Assembly: GCA_038087875.1 (NCBI GenBank)
Contig: CM075989.1
Location: forward strand, 11,596,001-11,660,000
Length of the DNA: 64,000 bases
Source: Malacoraja senta
Lineage: Eukaryota
Direction: 5' to 3'
The stretch's first letter is position 1. Each line of letters opens with the position of its first letter. Below the pieces are notes generated by a model. The model worked only from the letters and a program-made list of their open reading frames with translations. It had not been told where the DNA came from and made no database searches. Of the stretch, positions 1-13,720 are shown in pieces. Made by a program: the position numbers and the translations under genes.

Positions 1-619
1 TATTTTTGACCATTTAACATTTAATAAATCAGTTGTATATTAGACAATTTAAATAAATGCATGCCAAAAAATTCACATGGCACTAAGATTGTTATTTGAC
101 ATTCTACAATATGACACCGCACGACAATTGTCCAAAAATGCAGACGTTAAATGTCTTTGCACAGATCAACATTTTAATGCGGTCTAGCGGCTGTAATTGT
201 GCAAAGAAAATGCGTGTCATCTTTATTTTATAAATATTCCAAGGTTGTGGTTTGCACTGAGAACTACCTCATCAATGTTATTGATTTATAATTTATATTT
301 TCCACTGCTTTGAACGAATGACCCTTTGCTTCAATGTCTGAGATTACAGCATCAGTTGCTATGCAACCATTAGAACTGGCAGACTAAAGATGTTGAGAAT
401 GGTAGATGATGCAGCAGCTGGCAGCTCTGAATGTATTCACATTAGACAATAATAGGTAATCTGGATAAATGCATTTCAAATCAGAAATCTGCTGTGGTGC
501 AGACAAGACAGTTAATCACTTGGATAGTAATGCAACCCCAACTCTCTAGACTAACACCAAATGAAACAGGATGATGGCTAAAATGGGAAATACTGTAAAA
601 CAAGTTACATTCATACAAT

Positions 620-990
620 TTGTGGGAAAGAACTGCAGATGCTGCTTTGAATCGAAGGTAGATCACAAAATGCCGGAGTAACTCAGCAGGACAGGCAGCA
701 TCTCTGGAGAGAAGTTTGTTTCGGTGATGAGTAATGTTTCGGGTCGAGACCCTTCTTCAGACTGATGTCGGGGAGGGCGGGACAGAGATAGAATGTAGTC
801 AGACAGTAAGACTGGTGGGAGAACTGTGAGGGGAGGGGATGGAGAAAGAGGGAAAGCAAGGGCTATGTGAAGGTAGAGAAATCAATGTTCATACCGCTGG
901 GGTGTAAGCTACCCAAGCGAAATATGAGGTACTGTTTGTTCAATTTGCGCTGGGCATCACTCTGACAATGGAGGAGGCCCAGGACAGAAA
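620..990 (-). mobile_element. Penelope 3' end / terminal repeat
   Basis: Matches 30120-30430; hammerhead-like motif at 733-760 with the GUC site mutated. Confidence 0.8.
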
Positions 991-1266
991 GCTCATTCAA
1001 GTTTAATCCAGACAACTGCATCCTTCCATTTACCTTAGAAAGAACTAAAATCCAAGTTAAAAACTAGTTGCCAAGGGTCAAAGAACAAAGCATACAAGTC
1101 GATCTGCACGTTACATGTTAAACTATTTAATATATTAACACCAGTTTTCAGTGATACATTGTTTCACAAATTCTGGTCATTTATACTAAACATTGTTTTT
1201 GGACATAATTTTAATTTTGTATCCAAATCAAACTTATTTGATTAACAAATGTCACTAGCTTTCTGC

Positions 1267-1302
1267 CAAAGATACTAGAGGAGCGCTCCTCTAGTATCTT
1301 TG
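1267..1302. repeat. Perfect 36-bp palindrome, probable TIR-only MITE
   Basis: CAAAGATACTAGAGGAGC|GCTCCTCTAGTATCTTTG; related degenerate copy at about 22507-22542. Confidence 0.85.
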
Positions 1303-1880
1303 CTTTCAGAAGCCTTGCAATATTTACCGCAACATTCACATCAGCGTTCAAGTTCTTTCAGTTTAAACCATAAATTCACTATGGCACATCAAGCCCATGC
1401 CAGCTCTCAGCATAGCAATTCATCTAGTCATTACTCAACACTTTCCTGATATCATCCACATTATTTTCCTCAAATACCTATTTAATTATTTTTGAAAACC
1501 TGTATTGATCATTTTCAATGATGTCGTAAGCAGCAAGATTTTAACATCAATATTTTAAATAGTCTGTCCTTTGCTCGTGTCCGACAGTCCTACATACACC
1601 TGCTAATGGGTAATCCAAAGGCAAAACAATTACAGGTGCAGGAAATCTGAAATAACAAAATGCTAGAAACACCCGCAGTCAAACAGGTTTAAAGTTTCAG
1701 GCTAATGACCTTTCATCAGGTGAAATTTCATCAACCCAAAAACATTAACTATTCCTCTCTTCACAGATGCCGTCTGACATGATTTAAAGTAAAATTATAA
1801 CTAATAAGACAGCTCGATTTCAATTGTCAATTCCATCGCTATCAGTACAAAAGACAAAAGAGAGAATCATCAATATTTTA

Positions 1881-2006
<126 letters not shown>

Positions 2007-2039
2007 TCAGACAAATCAAAATTAACAGTATAGCAATGA

Positions 2040-4090
2040 CCAGCCATAGATCTGTACGGCAGAGCATTTGGACATTTGGCCCAATACGTCCTTGATGCCT
2101 ATTTACATGCATCCCATATGACCCCATTAGGCCAGTACTCTTCTCCAATTACTTGACCAAGTGCCCTTAATTCACTTAACTGTATCTGCCTTTAGTACTT
2201 CCTCTGGCAGTGTGTTCTATACCTAGGTATGTTACAATACTTACCTTCAGCGGCGCTGCAATTCTGCCACTGGCCGTGTGCGCAATTTTGGCGCCTTTAA
2301 GGGGGGGGGGGGGGCGGGGTTAAAACACGGGTTTCTCCTACCTTGTCCTGAATTATATTTCGTTGGAGTACAAGCGTTTGCTGAAAAATCGTTCCTACGG
2401 GGGTTTTGTGTATTTTTTATTTTTATTAAATCGACAATGTCAGCGCTGGAGTTATTTTAAAATCAGCTTCGAAAGTCGTCAACGGGGACGGATTTCACAC
2501 ACGGGACAGGTAAACGAAAGTAGTTTATTTTAATGTATAAAAGTGCTTCTTAAGAAGCCTTTAATTCATATTTTTTAATGCGAAGGTGATTCTTTTCCCC
2601 GAACTAACGGCAGAATTATTCATGTCGATACGGGGTTAAATTCACCGCAAATCAACGTTCCAAATGATCGCGTTCTAGAAAACCTCACTCGCAAAATGAT
2701 TTAAATGGCCATTAATTTACAGGTATTAAACATTCAATTCCTTCCATTTGGCCTGTAAATCCATGACAATGAGATTTAAAAATTATGTTATATTGTGAAT
2801 TCTTGTGAGAATGTTATTTGGACACTTACGCTATTTAAAAATGTTAATATTCTTAAGAAATTGATAGATGTTTAGATCTAGTAATTGAATTTTGTAATTA
2901 GCTACAATTAGGTAACTAACTAATTATATGCTTTATTTTCATGTCATCTAAGTAAGATTGTTTCATATTTGTTTCAGAATGCTTCAATCTATAATAACTG
3001 AAAATTTCTTTCGGTTCTCTTAATTTTTAAGAAAGTTATGGGATTTTGACTGTCCTCGATCACAGCTTTTGTGTTAAGTCAATGGAAAAGCAATAGGGAA
3101 CAAGATGCTAATTTCCGAGTATGAAAATGGCCATAACGTTTTTAATACTGAAGATATGAAAGTGAATTAGGTGTCAAATTAAACTTCTTTTTATGCTTTA
3201 TCTGATGGGATAAATTGCAGACTTTATTTTTAAAATCTCAAAATTTTGTAACATTGCTTCTATACCATCACAGCTGTGAAAAATTCCAGAGATCTTTTTT
3301 AATTTCTTCCCTCTCATCTTAAACCCTTGCCTTCTTGTTTTATACTTCCCTACTAAAGAAAAGACTAATTGTCTACCTATTCATGTTCCTAATAGTCTAT
3401 ATATTCTTTCTATATTCACCCCCGTTTCCTACATTCCAGTGAGAATAAATCCAGCCTATTCAATTTCCTTCTAAGTAAAGCCCTGCATTCCAGTCAACAT
3501 CTTGTGAATCTCTTCTGCACTCTTTCTAATGCTACCACATTCTTCCTCCAGCGTAGCAACCAATACTCCAAGTCCGATTTGACCAATGTTTTGTACAGCT
3601 GCAACATGTCCCAACTCTGATACTGCGCCGCAACAGCATAGACAAGGATACTTAATGCTTTCTGCACTACCCTATCCTCCTGTGTCACCATTTTCAGAGG
3701 TATGAATTTGCATCCAAAGATCCCTCTGTGGCGACATCTGCCCTAACTCTTCTTTCTTCACATCCTTCTCCCCGGTGACAAATATTCATTTAGGATGCAG
3801 CTCATATCCATTTACTCGACATAGATTCTCTTTTGGTCCCTGAGGACTTACCCATTCCCTAGCTATCCTCTTGCTTCTAATATACTTCTGAAAGATCTTA
3901 GGATTCCCCATAACCTTATTTTTGTCCTCCTTATTTCTTTCTTAAGTTCTCTCTAACATCAAATATAAACTCCAAAGGACTCACTTAAAACCAAATACCT
4001 ATACCTGACATGTCCTTTTTTCTTATTTCTGATCAAACCTACAATCTCCCTTGTAAATCACGGTTCCCCAATCCTACCATCTTTGCTTCT
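2040..4090 (-). mobile_element. CR1 LINE fragments, interrupted by a DNA transposon at 2224-3258
   Basis: LQLYKTLVKSDLEY...VALERVQKRFTR on the minus strand; the flanks of the DNA element rejoin as continuous CR1 3' sequence. Confidence 0.75.
2224..3258. mobile_element. Non-autonomous hAT-like DNA transposon (about 1.03 kb)
   Basis: Imperfect TIRs TAGGTATGTTACAA / TTGTAACATTGCT; 8-bp TSD TCTATACC at 2216-2223 and 3259-3266; no ORF. Confidence 0.7.
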
Positions 4091-4104
4091 TACAGGGTCG
4101 TGGC

Positions 4105-4630
4105 GACTCTGAGCTCATACTATCTCATTTTAGATAGCAGAACCACAAGACATTGGGATCCAGCAATGACAGCAAGGGGGAAACCACATTTAGTAAAGAA
4201 AGCAGACATCTCAATGTCCCAGAATGGAAAGCCTCTTCTTGGGAGCAGACGACAGTGAAATTGAGAGTAGGGGATAGCGTCTTTGCAAGAGGCAGGGGGT
4301 GTATTCCAGATAAATGTGGGAGTCATTGGGTTTGTAGTTAACGTCAGTCAGTAATCTGTCTCCTGTGAAGGAGACAGATCAAGAAAGAGGTGAGAGGTAT
4401 CGGAGATAGTTCGTGAATTTGAGGCAAGGTTCGGAGTTATTGGTATAGTTCATGAAATCAACGAGTTCTGCAAGGGTGCAGGAAGCAGCCCCAATACAGT
4501 CATCAATGTAGCTGAGAAAGAGTTGGGGGATGGTGCCAATGTATGTTTTTAACAAAGATTGTTCCATATAAAGCATCAGAAAAGCAGACATAGCTGGGGC
4601 CCTAGCGAGTGCCCATGACTATACCTAGGA
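4105..4630 (-). mobile_element. Penelope RT fragment
   Basis: PQLFLSYIDDCIGAASCT (YIDD) and SCKDAIPYSQF motifs. Confidence 0.85.
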
Positions 4631-5679
4631 GAAAGCGAGAGTTAAAAGGTCCTGCTTTATACCTTTGTCATCAACCCTCCTCCAATTTAAGACCTTAACC
4701 TTCAGACCAACCTTATAATTTCCAAGACAAACATTAATCTTATTGAATCTAATCTTGCAAAGAAATCCTCCACAATACCTCCACCACCTGTTAAACCTCA
4801 TTCCCCAAGGTTGAGTGCAGTCTCTTCCCTACATACTACTTTACAAATTCAACCCCATAAGCCCCTTAGAGGCATTGCCAGTAAATGCTGGGAAAGTTAA
4901 AATCACCCACTGCCACAACCCCTTTGTGAATTGCCTACACATCTGTTTTTCTCATTCCCACTGACTATCGTAAAGTGATTGCCATTTTCTGTTTAACCAT
5001 ACAGCTTCATTAAACAATCCCTCCAGGATATCCTCCCAATACTGTCACGATGCTCTTCTTGAGCAGCAGTGCAGCAGCACCCATCCCCTTTTATACCCCA
5101 TCAGTCACACCTGAAACTACTTTCCCAGTACATTGAGCTATCAGTCGTGCCCCTCCCTCAACCACATTTCTGTGATTGTAATATCATAATCCCATGTGCT
5201 GATCCATATTCTCAGTTCAGTCTTATCTGCAAGCCCCTTTGCATTAATGTCAATGCAGTTTAGTCTACCAGCCCTCCCATGCTTCCCAGTGTGTCCACTG
5301 AACTTGACTGTTCTATTTTCTACAATGTTCCGACTCCCCATCTGCTGCACTATCATTACACCCATGGGCCTCACTCATTTAAGCTCACCGTGGTAGGACC
5401 AGCAAACCTCACTCCAAAGATACACCATATTAATAACGAATGCAAGAAAAATATTTACCACCAATGAGTGTAAGAGTGTACACGTGTCAGATTTTCACCC
5501 ATGGCAAGTGTTTTTTGTATTCTTCAATGCACAGGTGGCTCAGAATTGAAATGCACTAAAATCTTGCGGAATGTTTGTCTCTGCCATCTCTACACAGGCG
5601 TTAGTGAACACAATGAGCATGGTGTATACTCCCCAATTAAAAGCTCCAAACCCCCAAATTAAATACTGGTGTTTACGAA

Positions 5680-6368
5680 CTTATTTAAGTTTCTGGGCAC
5701 CTATATCTGAAATAATCTAAAATGGCACATCAATGCTGACCACATCATTAAGAAAGGACAACAACGCCTATACTTCCTCAGACAGCTCAAGAAGTTCAGA
5801 GTCCACAAACACCTCCTGGTACGCTTCTATCAATCCATCATTGAAAGCATCATCACCTCCTCAATCACAGTCTGGTACGGAAACACTGACAGTCACTCAC
5901 TACACAGAATACAGCACATGGTCTCCAAGGCCTCTAGGATCATCAACTCTCCCCTCCCCTCAATCCATTCCATTTACCTCCAACGTACCTCAAAACGGGC
6001 AACAAAGATCATCTCGGACCCCTCCCATCCAGCAAACCACCTTTTCCAGTCTCTCCCTTCAGGGAGGCGCCTTAGGTCACTTGCTACAAAATCCACCCGT
6101 TTTAAAAACAGTTTCTTCCCCTCAGCAATAAGAACACTTAATTCCCTCCAATAACTTTTTGACTTTGATGTATACAGTGTCTTGCCTATGGTTTTTGTCT
6201 GTTCTTTTGCACTATGTATTGTTGGTGAGATTTGTGATTTGTGATGTGCTTTATTATTATTGTTGTTAGTGTTAATGTGCTAAAGCAGTGTACCATCATG
6301 TACCGAACCCAATTACCACCAACCCTGGTCGTGTGGCAAATAAAGTTTCTATTCTATTCTATTCTATT
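5680..6368 (+). mobile_element. Rex1/Babar-like non-LTR retrotransposon 3' fragment
   Basis: Translates KKGQQRLYFLRQLKKF...FYQSIIES...ITVWYG...DPSHPANHLFQSLPSGRRLRS...RFKNSFFPSAIR; ends in AATAAA plus an (TTCTA)n tail. Confidence 0.85.
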
Positions 6369-6449
6369 ACTTGAATAAAAACAAAGTGCTGGAAACACTC
6401 AACTAGGGGGCAGGGGGAGAGGGATTCAGGAAGTTTAGATTTATGATCA

Positions 6450-7630
6450 CCTGGTAGGGCAGAGACTAAGAGATAGTCAGCATGGCTTTGTCCTATCTGA
6501 ACAATCTTATTACATTTTGTGAGGAGTTAACTAAGTGCATTGCTGAGGGCAGAAAAAAATCATGCCCTTTCCGAATACATTTTCCATGTTGTTGAAACTG
6601 AGCATAGATGCTGTCACATGCATCAACCAATACAAAAATTATACATGAGTGGTCCATGAAGAATTATTTTCACAAATTTACCAGGCTTCATTTAAAGAGT
6701 TAATTAAGAATTGCCAAAACCTCGAGTTACAATTAGGAAATATAAATTGTACAGAATCGATAAAGCATGATTGGAAGGTTTTAGAAGTGGCTAGTGAAAT
6801 AGCAGATACATTAGTTTTAATTTAACAAAATTCCCCAGCTTGGAGGAAGATTCAATTAAATTAGAAAACAGTGAACATAAATCCTTGATTCATAAAGAGA
6901 GTGTCAGAGGCAGACAACTAGTCAGTCAGCTTACCATCTGTCAAAGAAAAGATTGGAAATTATATTACTGATGTTACAACAGGACGTTAGGGGAAAAAAT
7001 AATCAAGGCAATCAGCTAAAGTCAATATGGCTTTGTGAGAAAATTATATTTGATCAACTTAGTAGAGCTCTTTCAAGTGTACTGCAGACAAAGGACATAT
7101 TATACTTAAATTTCCAGAAGGCATTTGATGACGTACTGTTTCACTGTTAATGTGGAAAATAAGCTTGATGCAAGTGAAACATACCAGCATGGATAGGGGA
7201 TCAGCTGGCTGACACAAAGTATAGTAGGAACAATACGTTTTCTTTCTGGTTGGCAAGATGTAACAAACGGTACATTACAGAGTGGTACCGCAGCCGCAAT
7301 ATTTTATATAAATGACTTGGACGAAGTGTCTGAACATATGCTAAATTTGTTGTTGACGCAAAGGCAAGTAGGAAATTAGGTTGCGAATAGGACAAGTCAG
7401 CTACAAAGGAATATGGATGGAACGAATAAATAAACAAAGATCTCATAAACGGAATATGCAGAAAATTTGACTGTCCATTTTGGCAGAAAACAATAAAGAG
7501 CACATTAACTAACTGGTGAGATATTGCGAAGGGATTTGGATTTCCAATGCAGGGCTACTGTGTACTGAATTAATTTCCTTATTTACGGAAAGTTGTTTTC
7601 ACTTTGGAAGCAAATCAAAGAAGTTTTCCT
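6450..7630 (+). mobile_element. Old CR1 LINE fragments
   Basis: LYLNFQKAFD motif at about 7100 and CAGCATGGCTTTG remnants. Confidence 0.65.
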
Positions 7631-8819
7631 TGAATGAATGAATCTTTATAGTCACATGTACCTAGGGTATCTAGTTAGGATGAAATGGTTTATTTTACAT
7701 ACAACTTAGACAGTACACAAGTGTTGCCACGTGTTGGTGCCAAAAAGTTTTAAAAAGTACTGAACAGTCCTATCTACTGCAGCACACGGCCGCACATGGC
7801 AGCAACCCCCCCCCCCCCACAGTTCCCCCCTTGTTCTCAAATCCCCCTACCCCCTTCACTGATACCTAGATTAATATAGGGAAGAACTACAGATGCTGGT
7901 TCAAATCAAAGATAGACACAAAATGCTGGAGTAACTCAGACAGAAGAAGGGTCTCGACCCAAAACGTCACTCATTCCTCCTCTCCACAGATGCTGCCTAT
8001 CCTGCTGAGTTACTCCAGCATTTTGTGCCTACCCTGGATTAGTTTGTCTCAAAGTTTGGACAGGTTAGTCCCGTTTCCTCTTGTAGAGGAATTTAGAATT
8101 ACGGGTTACAATTTAAAAATAGGTGATTGTCCATTAAGGACAGATAAGGTGAGATTTTTCTCTCAGGCGGGGGGGGGGTGATGAGATTTTGCAAAGCTCT
8201 TCCTGAAAGATCAGTAGAACTGGAGGCAATAAATATTTTTAAGGTAGAAATAGATAGGGCATTATAGTTAGGCCAGGGGAGTAGGATCACTCACTATAGG
8301 TAAACTGGAAGTGAGAGTTGTAAACAAAATAGTACAGCACAGCAGCATGATGTCTGTGCAGAACACGATGACAAAGTAAACTAATCCCTTCTGCCTGCAC
8401 ATATCCCTCCATACCTTGCACATTCATCTACCCATCTCAAAGTCTCTTAAATGCCACTATTATATCCGCTTCCACCGCTATAACTAGATGCGTGTTCCAG
8501 GCATCTACTACTTTCTGTGCAAAAGAAAGCAAGATGTTCATCTAGTTTGCATTTGGCCGCACCATGGTAGTGGAGAAGGCCGAGGAGAGAGAGGACGGTG
8601 TGGGAACGGAAAGGGAAATTAAAATGACATGCAATTGGAAACTCAAAAAGATTCATGTTTTGGACAGAACAGACAGAAAATGTAGTTCTTAAACTTGTTT
8701 CTTGATACCACTGGATAAACCATTTGTATATTATTTGAGCATATTATTAACTATGGGTGATAAATTACATTGCATGCCAAAATCTAATACTTTGGCCAAT
8801 TCAATGGTTCAATTCTTAC

Positions 8820-8874
8820 CTTGTAACCGATGAATGAAAGACAGCTGATCTGTTACATTATTTTGAAATTTAAC
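8820..8874 (-). CDS. GOLM2: GOLM2/CASC4 coding exon 3 (55 nt)
   Basis: Polypyrimidine tract plus CTCCAG|GTT acceptor, donor G|GTAAGA. Encodes VKFQNNVTDQLSFIHRLQ plus 1 nt, similar to CASC4 VKLQNNISYQMADIHHLK (recalled). Confidence 0.9.
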
Positions 8875-10139
8875 CTGGAGGAGAAAAGGAAAAAAGCTGT
8901 AACACTTAAAGCTGATTGGCACATAACATCTACAATTCAAACAAGATTAATTAATTTTCAAAACGAGTGTAAAAACACAATCTTTTGATAACTCTAAATA
9001 CAAACTTTAAATTATATTAACCCACTCAGATTTCATGCTTAAAACTTCCTGATTGTTTTTTACCCAGTAGCTCAGAATGTACAGACTAACATTTAATCCT
9101 TTGTCTTTGCTGAGGTACAACCACTAGCATTTATAAAACCTCTCCAATGCAGAAAAAAAATCTACTGATCAGACAAACTTATGGAGAGTCAAAGGATGAA
9201 TTAGATGACAAAAGTAGCATCACATAACTTGATGAAATGTGGATCAGAATCAAGTGCCAAGCACTTCAGCTGTGGGCTGAAGTGCTTGCTTCCATGCTGA
9301 ACGACTTGAGACAATATGGTCTGTATTACTCTTATTTCTTGTGATTTTACACAAGGAGGCTCAAAAGAGTTATTCCAGCATTTTATTGTTGAGTTGGGAT
9401 TGTAGGACAGAAAAAAGGTTATGGCATAGAGAGAGCAAGACCATGAAAGGATGACAAGTCCTTGGAGATTAGGAATCAGTGACGGCTAATCGCAATTGAA
9501 CTGTTCTCTCCATTTCTGGACTTGAGGGAAATACATTTGCTTCTTCATAGCTTTCCAGTAAATCATGTTAAATAACCACAGCATCCAGCTCACCTACAAG
9601 TTTTGTTACAGCTGCATGCCCTAATAGCCACCGAATTACACAAGAACATAAAAAAAGAAATAGATATTTTGTCTCACATAACTGCTTAACCATTCAATAA
9701 GATCAGAGTGATCTTTTACATTCACACCACTATCCAACGTTGCTCACATGACTTCTAATTGAAAATTAGTTCCAATCACTACAGTAACTCATGACATTAA
9801 GTACCACTTTTAATTCGTTTCATATCTTCACAAGCCATCAAGTCTGCCTAAACTGCCGAGGAGTCCAGTTAGACTCTCCAATTTGAAAATAAGAGGTAAT
9901 CTAAGAGGTAACAAATACCTTGGTTCATGAAATGTGGCAGATTAAAGTGACAAACTTAATGATGTCTGCAATCATAACTCATAACAAAGCCCAGAATGCG
10001 TTTCAAATGATTCATGTTTTATAAATGAAATGGCTTCTGAACCATGGCAAAATTAACAAAGCCAATAACTTGTAAAGAAAATGCTAAAAATCAAGCTAGA
10101 TTTCCAGAATTTCAATAAAAAGCCCGTAAATTAAATATT

Positions 10140-10700
10140 GCACAGGAATGTAACATGCTACAGTTGTACAAAATGTTGGTTGGGCCACATCTACAGTACT
10201 ATGTACTGTCCTGGTTTGCACACCATGGGTGGATGCGATTAAACTAAAGAGAGCGCAGAAAAGATTCACAAGGATGTTGTATCGATTGGAGTGCTTGAGT
10301 TACAAGGAGACAGGAAAGATTTGTTCTCAAAAGGGGGTTGGGAGGGGACATGATAGAGGTATTTAAAATTGTGAGGGGCATAAATTAGTAAACAACAAGT
10401 TGCTGTTTCCCATGGTAGGGTATCTAAAACTAGAGGGCATAAGCTTGAGACAGGGAGGAGGTATAATAGGGATCCGAGGGCTAAATTATTCAAAGGTTAG
10501 TTAGTATTTGGAATGAGCTACCTGGGGAGAGGGTGGTGGCAGGTACAGTAACAATATTTAAGAGGTATCTGACTAGGTACTTGAATGAGCAAGGCAGAGA
10601 GGGATGTGCAATTATGTAGGATGAATATAGATAGGTATGATTGTTGGCATAGACACGTGGACTGAATATCCTGTTTCTATGCTATGCCACTCTATGACTC
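10140..10700 (+). mobile_element. CR1 LINE 3' fragment
   Basis: Typical CR1 3' ORF2 and UTR (AAAACTAGAGGGCATAAG, TGGAATGAGCTACC, CTGTTTCTATGCTATG...CTCTATGACTCT tail). Confidence 0.8.
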
Positions 10701-11789
10701 TGAACAGAAGGTCAAGTCACTGCCACATATCTGCTGGAAATGTGAAGCTCAGGTCCAACAGAGAGCAGAGGTGACTACACTCATTTACTTGACAACAAAT
10801 ACCTAAAAAAAATGCATGTCAGTTAAACTAATCAATCTTTGTCCTGATCTTAATAATACTAAATGTGGAAAAATATTCAATATCAGCAATAGGATAAATG
10901 AAATGGCATAGAATGCTATGTGTGTAATAAAGCAATAAAATAACATTGAGATCAAGCATTCTCAAGGGTTCAGTTACAAACTTTTCTGAGGTTCTGTCAA
11001 TCTTGAGACTCTCCAGAACTTCTCACCTACTACCAGAGATCAAATTCAGGAACATATTACAATAATGCAACTCAGATTTAAGATCTACCACATATTTCTT
11101 TTTTTTTGCTAAGAAAATATACATACATTACATTAAAAATATAGTAGACTCTATAGTCCAATCTGGACAATGTGCAAAGCCACTTCTAAAGAAAACTGTT
11201 CAATGAGGAATCCATCCACTTTATAACAAATATCTGACATTTTATCACTCATCAGTTAAGTAGGAAACAAAACTCTGAACTACCGTAATTACTTCTAGTA
11301 CACCCATAAACAAGAGAGCATATTATCTTTAAGTTTATTTATATTGAAGTCCTTATAGAAACATAGAAAAAAGGTGCAGGAGTAGGCCATTCGGCCCTTC
11401 GAGCCAGCACTACCATCCAATATGATCATGGCTGATCATCCAAAATCAGTACCCCGTTCAGTTTTTCCTCCTCGGAGGTCATATTGTGAAATTTTTAACA
11501 ATTTAGCCCTAGAAATAAAAATAATTGCACTTCTGTTTTATACACTTCCTCAGCCATATCATCTCCATCTCAGTGCAATGTTGCAGCATTTAAAACTTTG
11601 TCTACAATAAATCCTCCAAACTTCAGACCTGTCTGAGAGATCGAGTTTATGGTGGAAGCGTAGATTAAAATTTAAGATTTGAACTCAAATTCACTTAAAT
11701 TTTCCACTGTGGCATTAAAAAAAAATTATAAATATTCAACAGCAATCAACACATACAGAAAATTCAAATTTCAGGTATAAATTCCTCAC

Positions 11790-12470
11790 TTACACAGACA
11801 CTTAGGACAACAATGTCTATGCCAAACACAATACCAAGATCGTCTCTTATCTACCTGCACTTAATCCATATCCCTCCATATCCATATGTCTATCTAAAGG
11901 TCTCCTTTTGACTATCTATTCTATCTAGCCTCTCATAATTTTATATACTATCACGTTTCCCTGCATCTCTGGCATTCCATGGAAAAGAATCCATGTCTGT
12001 ATAATCTCTGTAGCTAATGCATCATTCTAGTAAACTCGGCACCCTTTCCAAAGCCTCCTCATCCTTCCTCAATTGGGGCGACCAGAACGGCAGGCAATAT
12101 TCCAAATGCAGCCAACCGAAATCCTATAAAGCTGCATCATGATTTCATGACTCATACTCAATGCCTCGATCTATGAAAGCAAGCATACCATGCACCTTCT
12201 TTACCACTCTATCTACTTGTGTTGCCACTTTCAGGGAGTTATGGACTTGGACCCCAAGTTCCCTCTGTACAGGAATGCTGTTAAGGATCATGTCATTAAT
12301 TGTAAATGTTCCTCTTATATTTGACCTCCCAAAGTGCAACACCTCACACTTGCTCAGATTAAACTCCATCTGCCATTTCTCTGTTCATTTCTGTACCTGA
12401 TCTATAACCTGCTGTACACCTTGACAGCCTTCCTCACAGCCAGTGACTCCAACAATTTGTGTCATCTGCA
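11790..12470 (-). mobile_element. CR1 LINE 3' fragment
   Basis: MEFNLSKCEVLHFGRSN...LGVQVHNSLKVATQVDRVVKK...RGIEY. Confidence 0.85.
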
Positions 12471-13329
12471 ACGTGTTGGATGATACCCAAAGTATAACTC
12501 ACCTGATTTATCTCCACAAATGCTGACTGGCCTACAGAGCATTTTCTGCAGTGTCAGTTTTGCATATGCAGTTGTGCTTTAAGCCTTCCTTTCAGATTAA
12601 ACAGTTCAGCTACTACAGCTCTTGGTTATTGTCCAAGCAAGAATTGGCCAAGGAAAACGTGGCTAGAATTGTACTTGGCATATGCTTTAAAGTAGAACTT
12701 GATTCTACATCAGGAGCATTCACAATTGTTATTGACAGTCATTTCCATTCCTGAAAAAAATTATATCAACAGAGAAACTCTTTAAAACCTGCTACAGCTA
12801 CTAAATCTACTCCCCAAAACAAACAAATTTAAATTTCATCACTTGGTTGAATTTTTTTCCCTGCCAATAAATCAACGGAATCTGTCCTTTTTCAATATCC
12901 TAACTTTTTTACTCATGAAGGCAAGTACAATATACTCATTCAGACAGAAAATGACACCTCAGAGTATTTATATCCAAACATCTGTTTGTAATTGCTGAAA
13001 TAGCTCCCCCACACACATGGTTCTGGCTTCTTTCATTAGATTGCAATACACCATTTTATTAAAGGCCTTGTAGAACTGTAATGCCCTCTACAGTCGTTCA
13101 GTTTAAAATCATCCTGCTACAAAAATTTTACATTGTCACATGCTTCCTTTGAGGCCCAAAATACCACACAAATAAGTAAACTGGTTTCAAGGGGTCATTA
13201 TTTGTCAAATGTGATCGATACATTTCATCAGGATCAGTTGCTCCAAGAAGATTTACACACCTCACACATGAAATACAAACAAAATAGTAAAAAGTGCATC
13301 ATTTAAGTTGTAAAGTTGTAGAGCTGTCC

Positions 13330-13720
13330 GAGAATATTCTTGGGCATAATATGAATGTGATTGGACCAGGACAAATCGTTGATGATATTAACACCTGGAA
13401 ACCTTAAGGTCTCAACTATCTCCACTTCAGCACCATTGACACAGATTGGGGCATACATTCCAGCTGGCTTCCTGAAGTCAATCACCAGTTCCTTCATTTT
13501 ATTGACATTGAGGGAGGCTTCACACCATGCTATCAAGCTCTTTATCTCCTTTCTGTACTCATTCACGTCATTGTTTGAGATCCAACCCAATGTATCATCT
13601 GAAAACTTGTAAATGGAGTTTGAGCGGAATTTGGCTCTACAGTTTGTTATGTGTCATAGAGTATAGGAAAGAGCAGCGATCACAGCCCTGTGGGGCACCC
13701 GTGTTAAGGATCATCCTGGA
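13330..13720 (-). mobile_element. Rex1-like LINE RT fragment, degraded
   Basis: LNVNKMKELVIDFRK...NGAEVEIVE...PGVNIINDLSWSNH, typical of Rex1 RT; GAPQGC motif near 13690. Confidence 0.75.
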
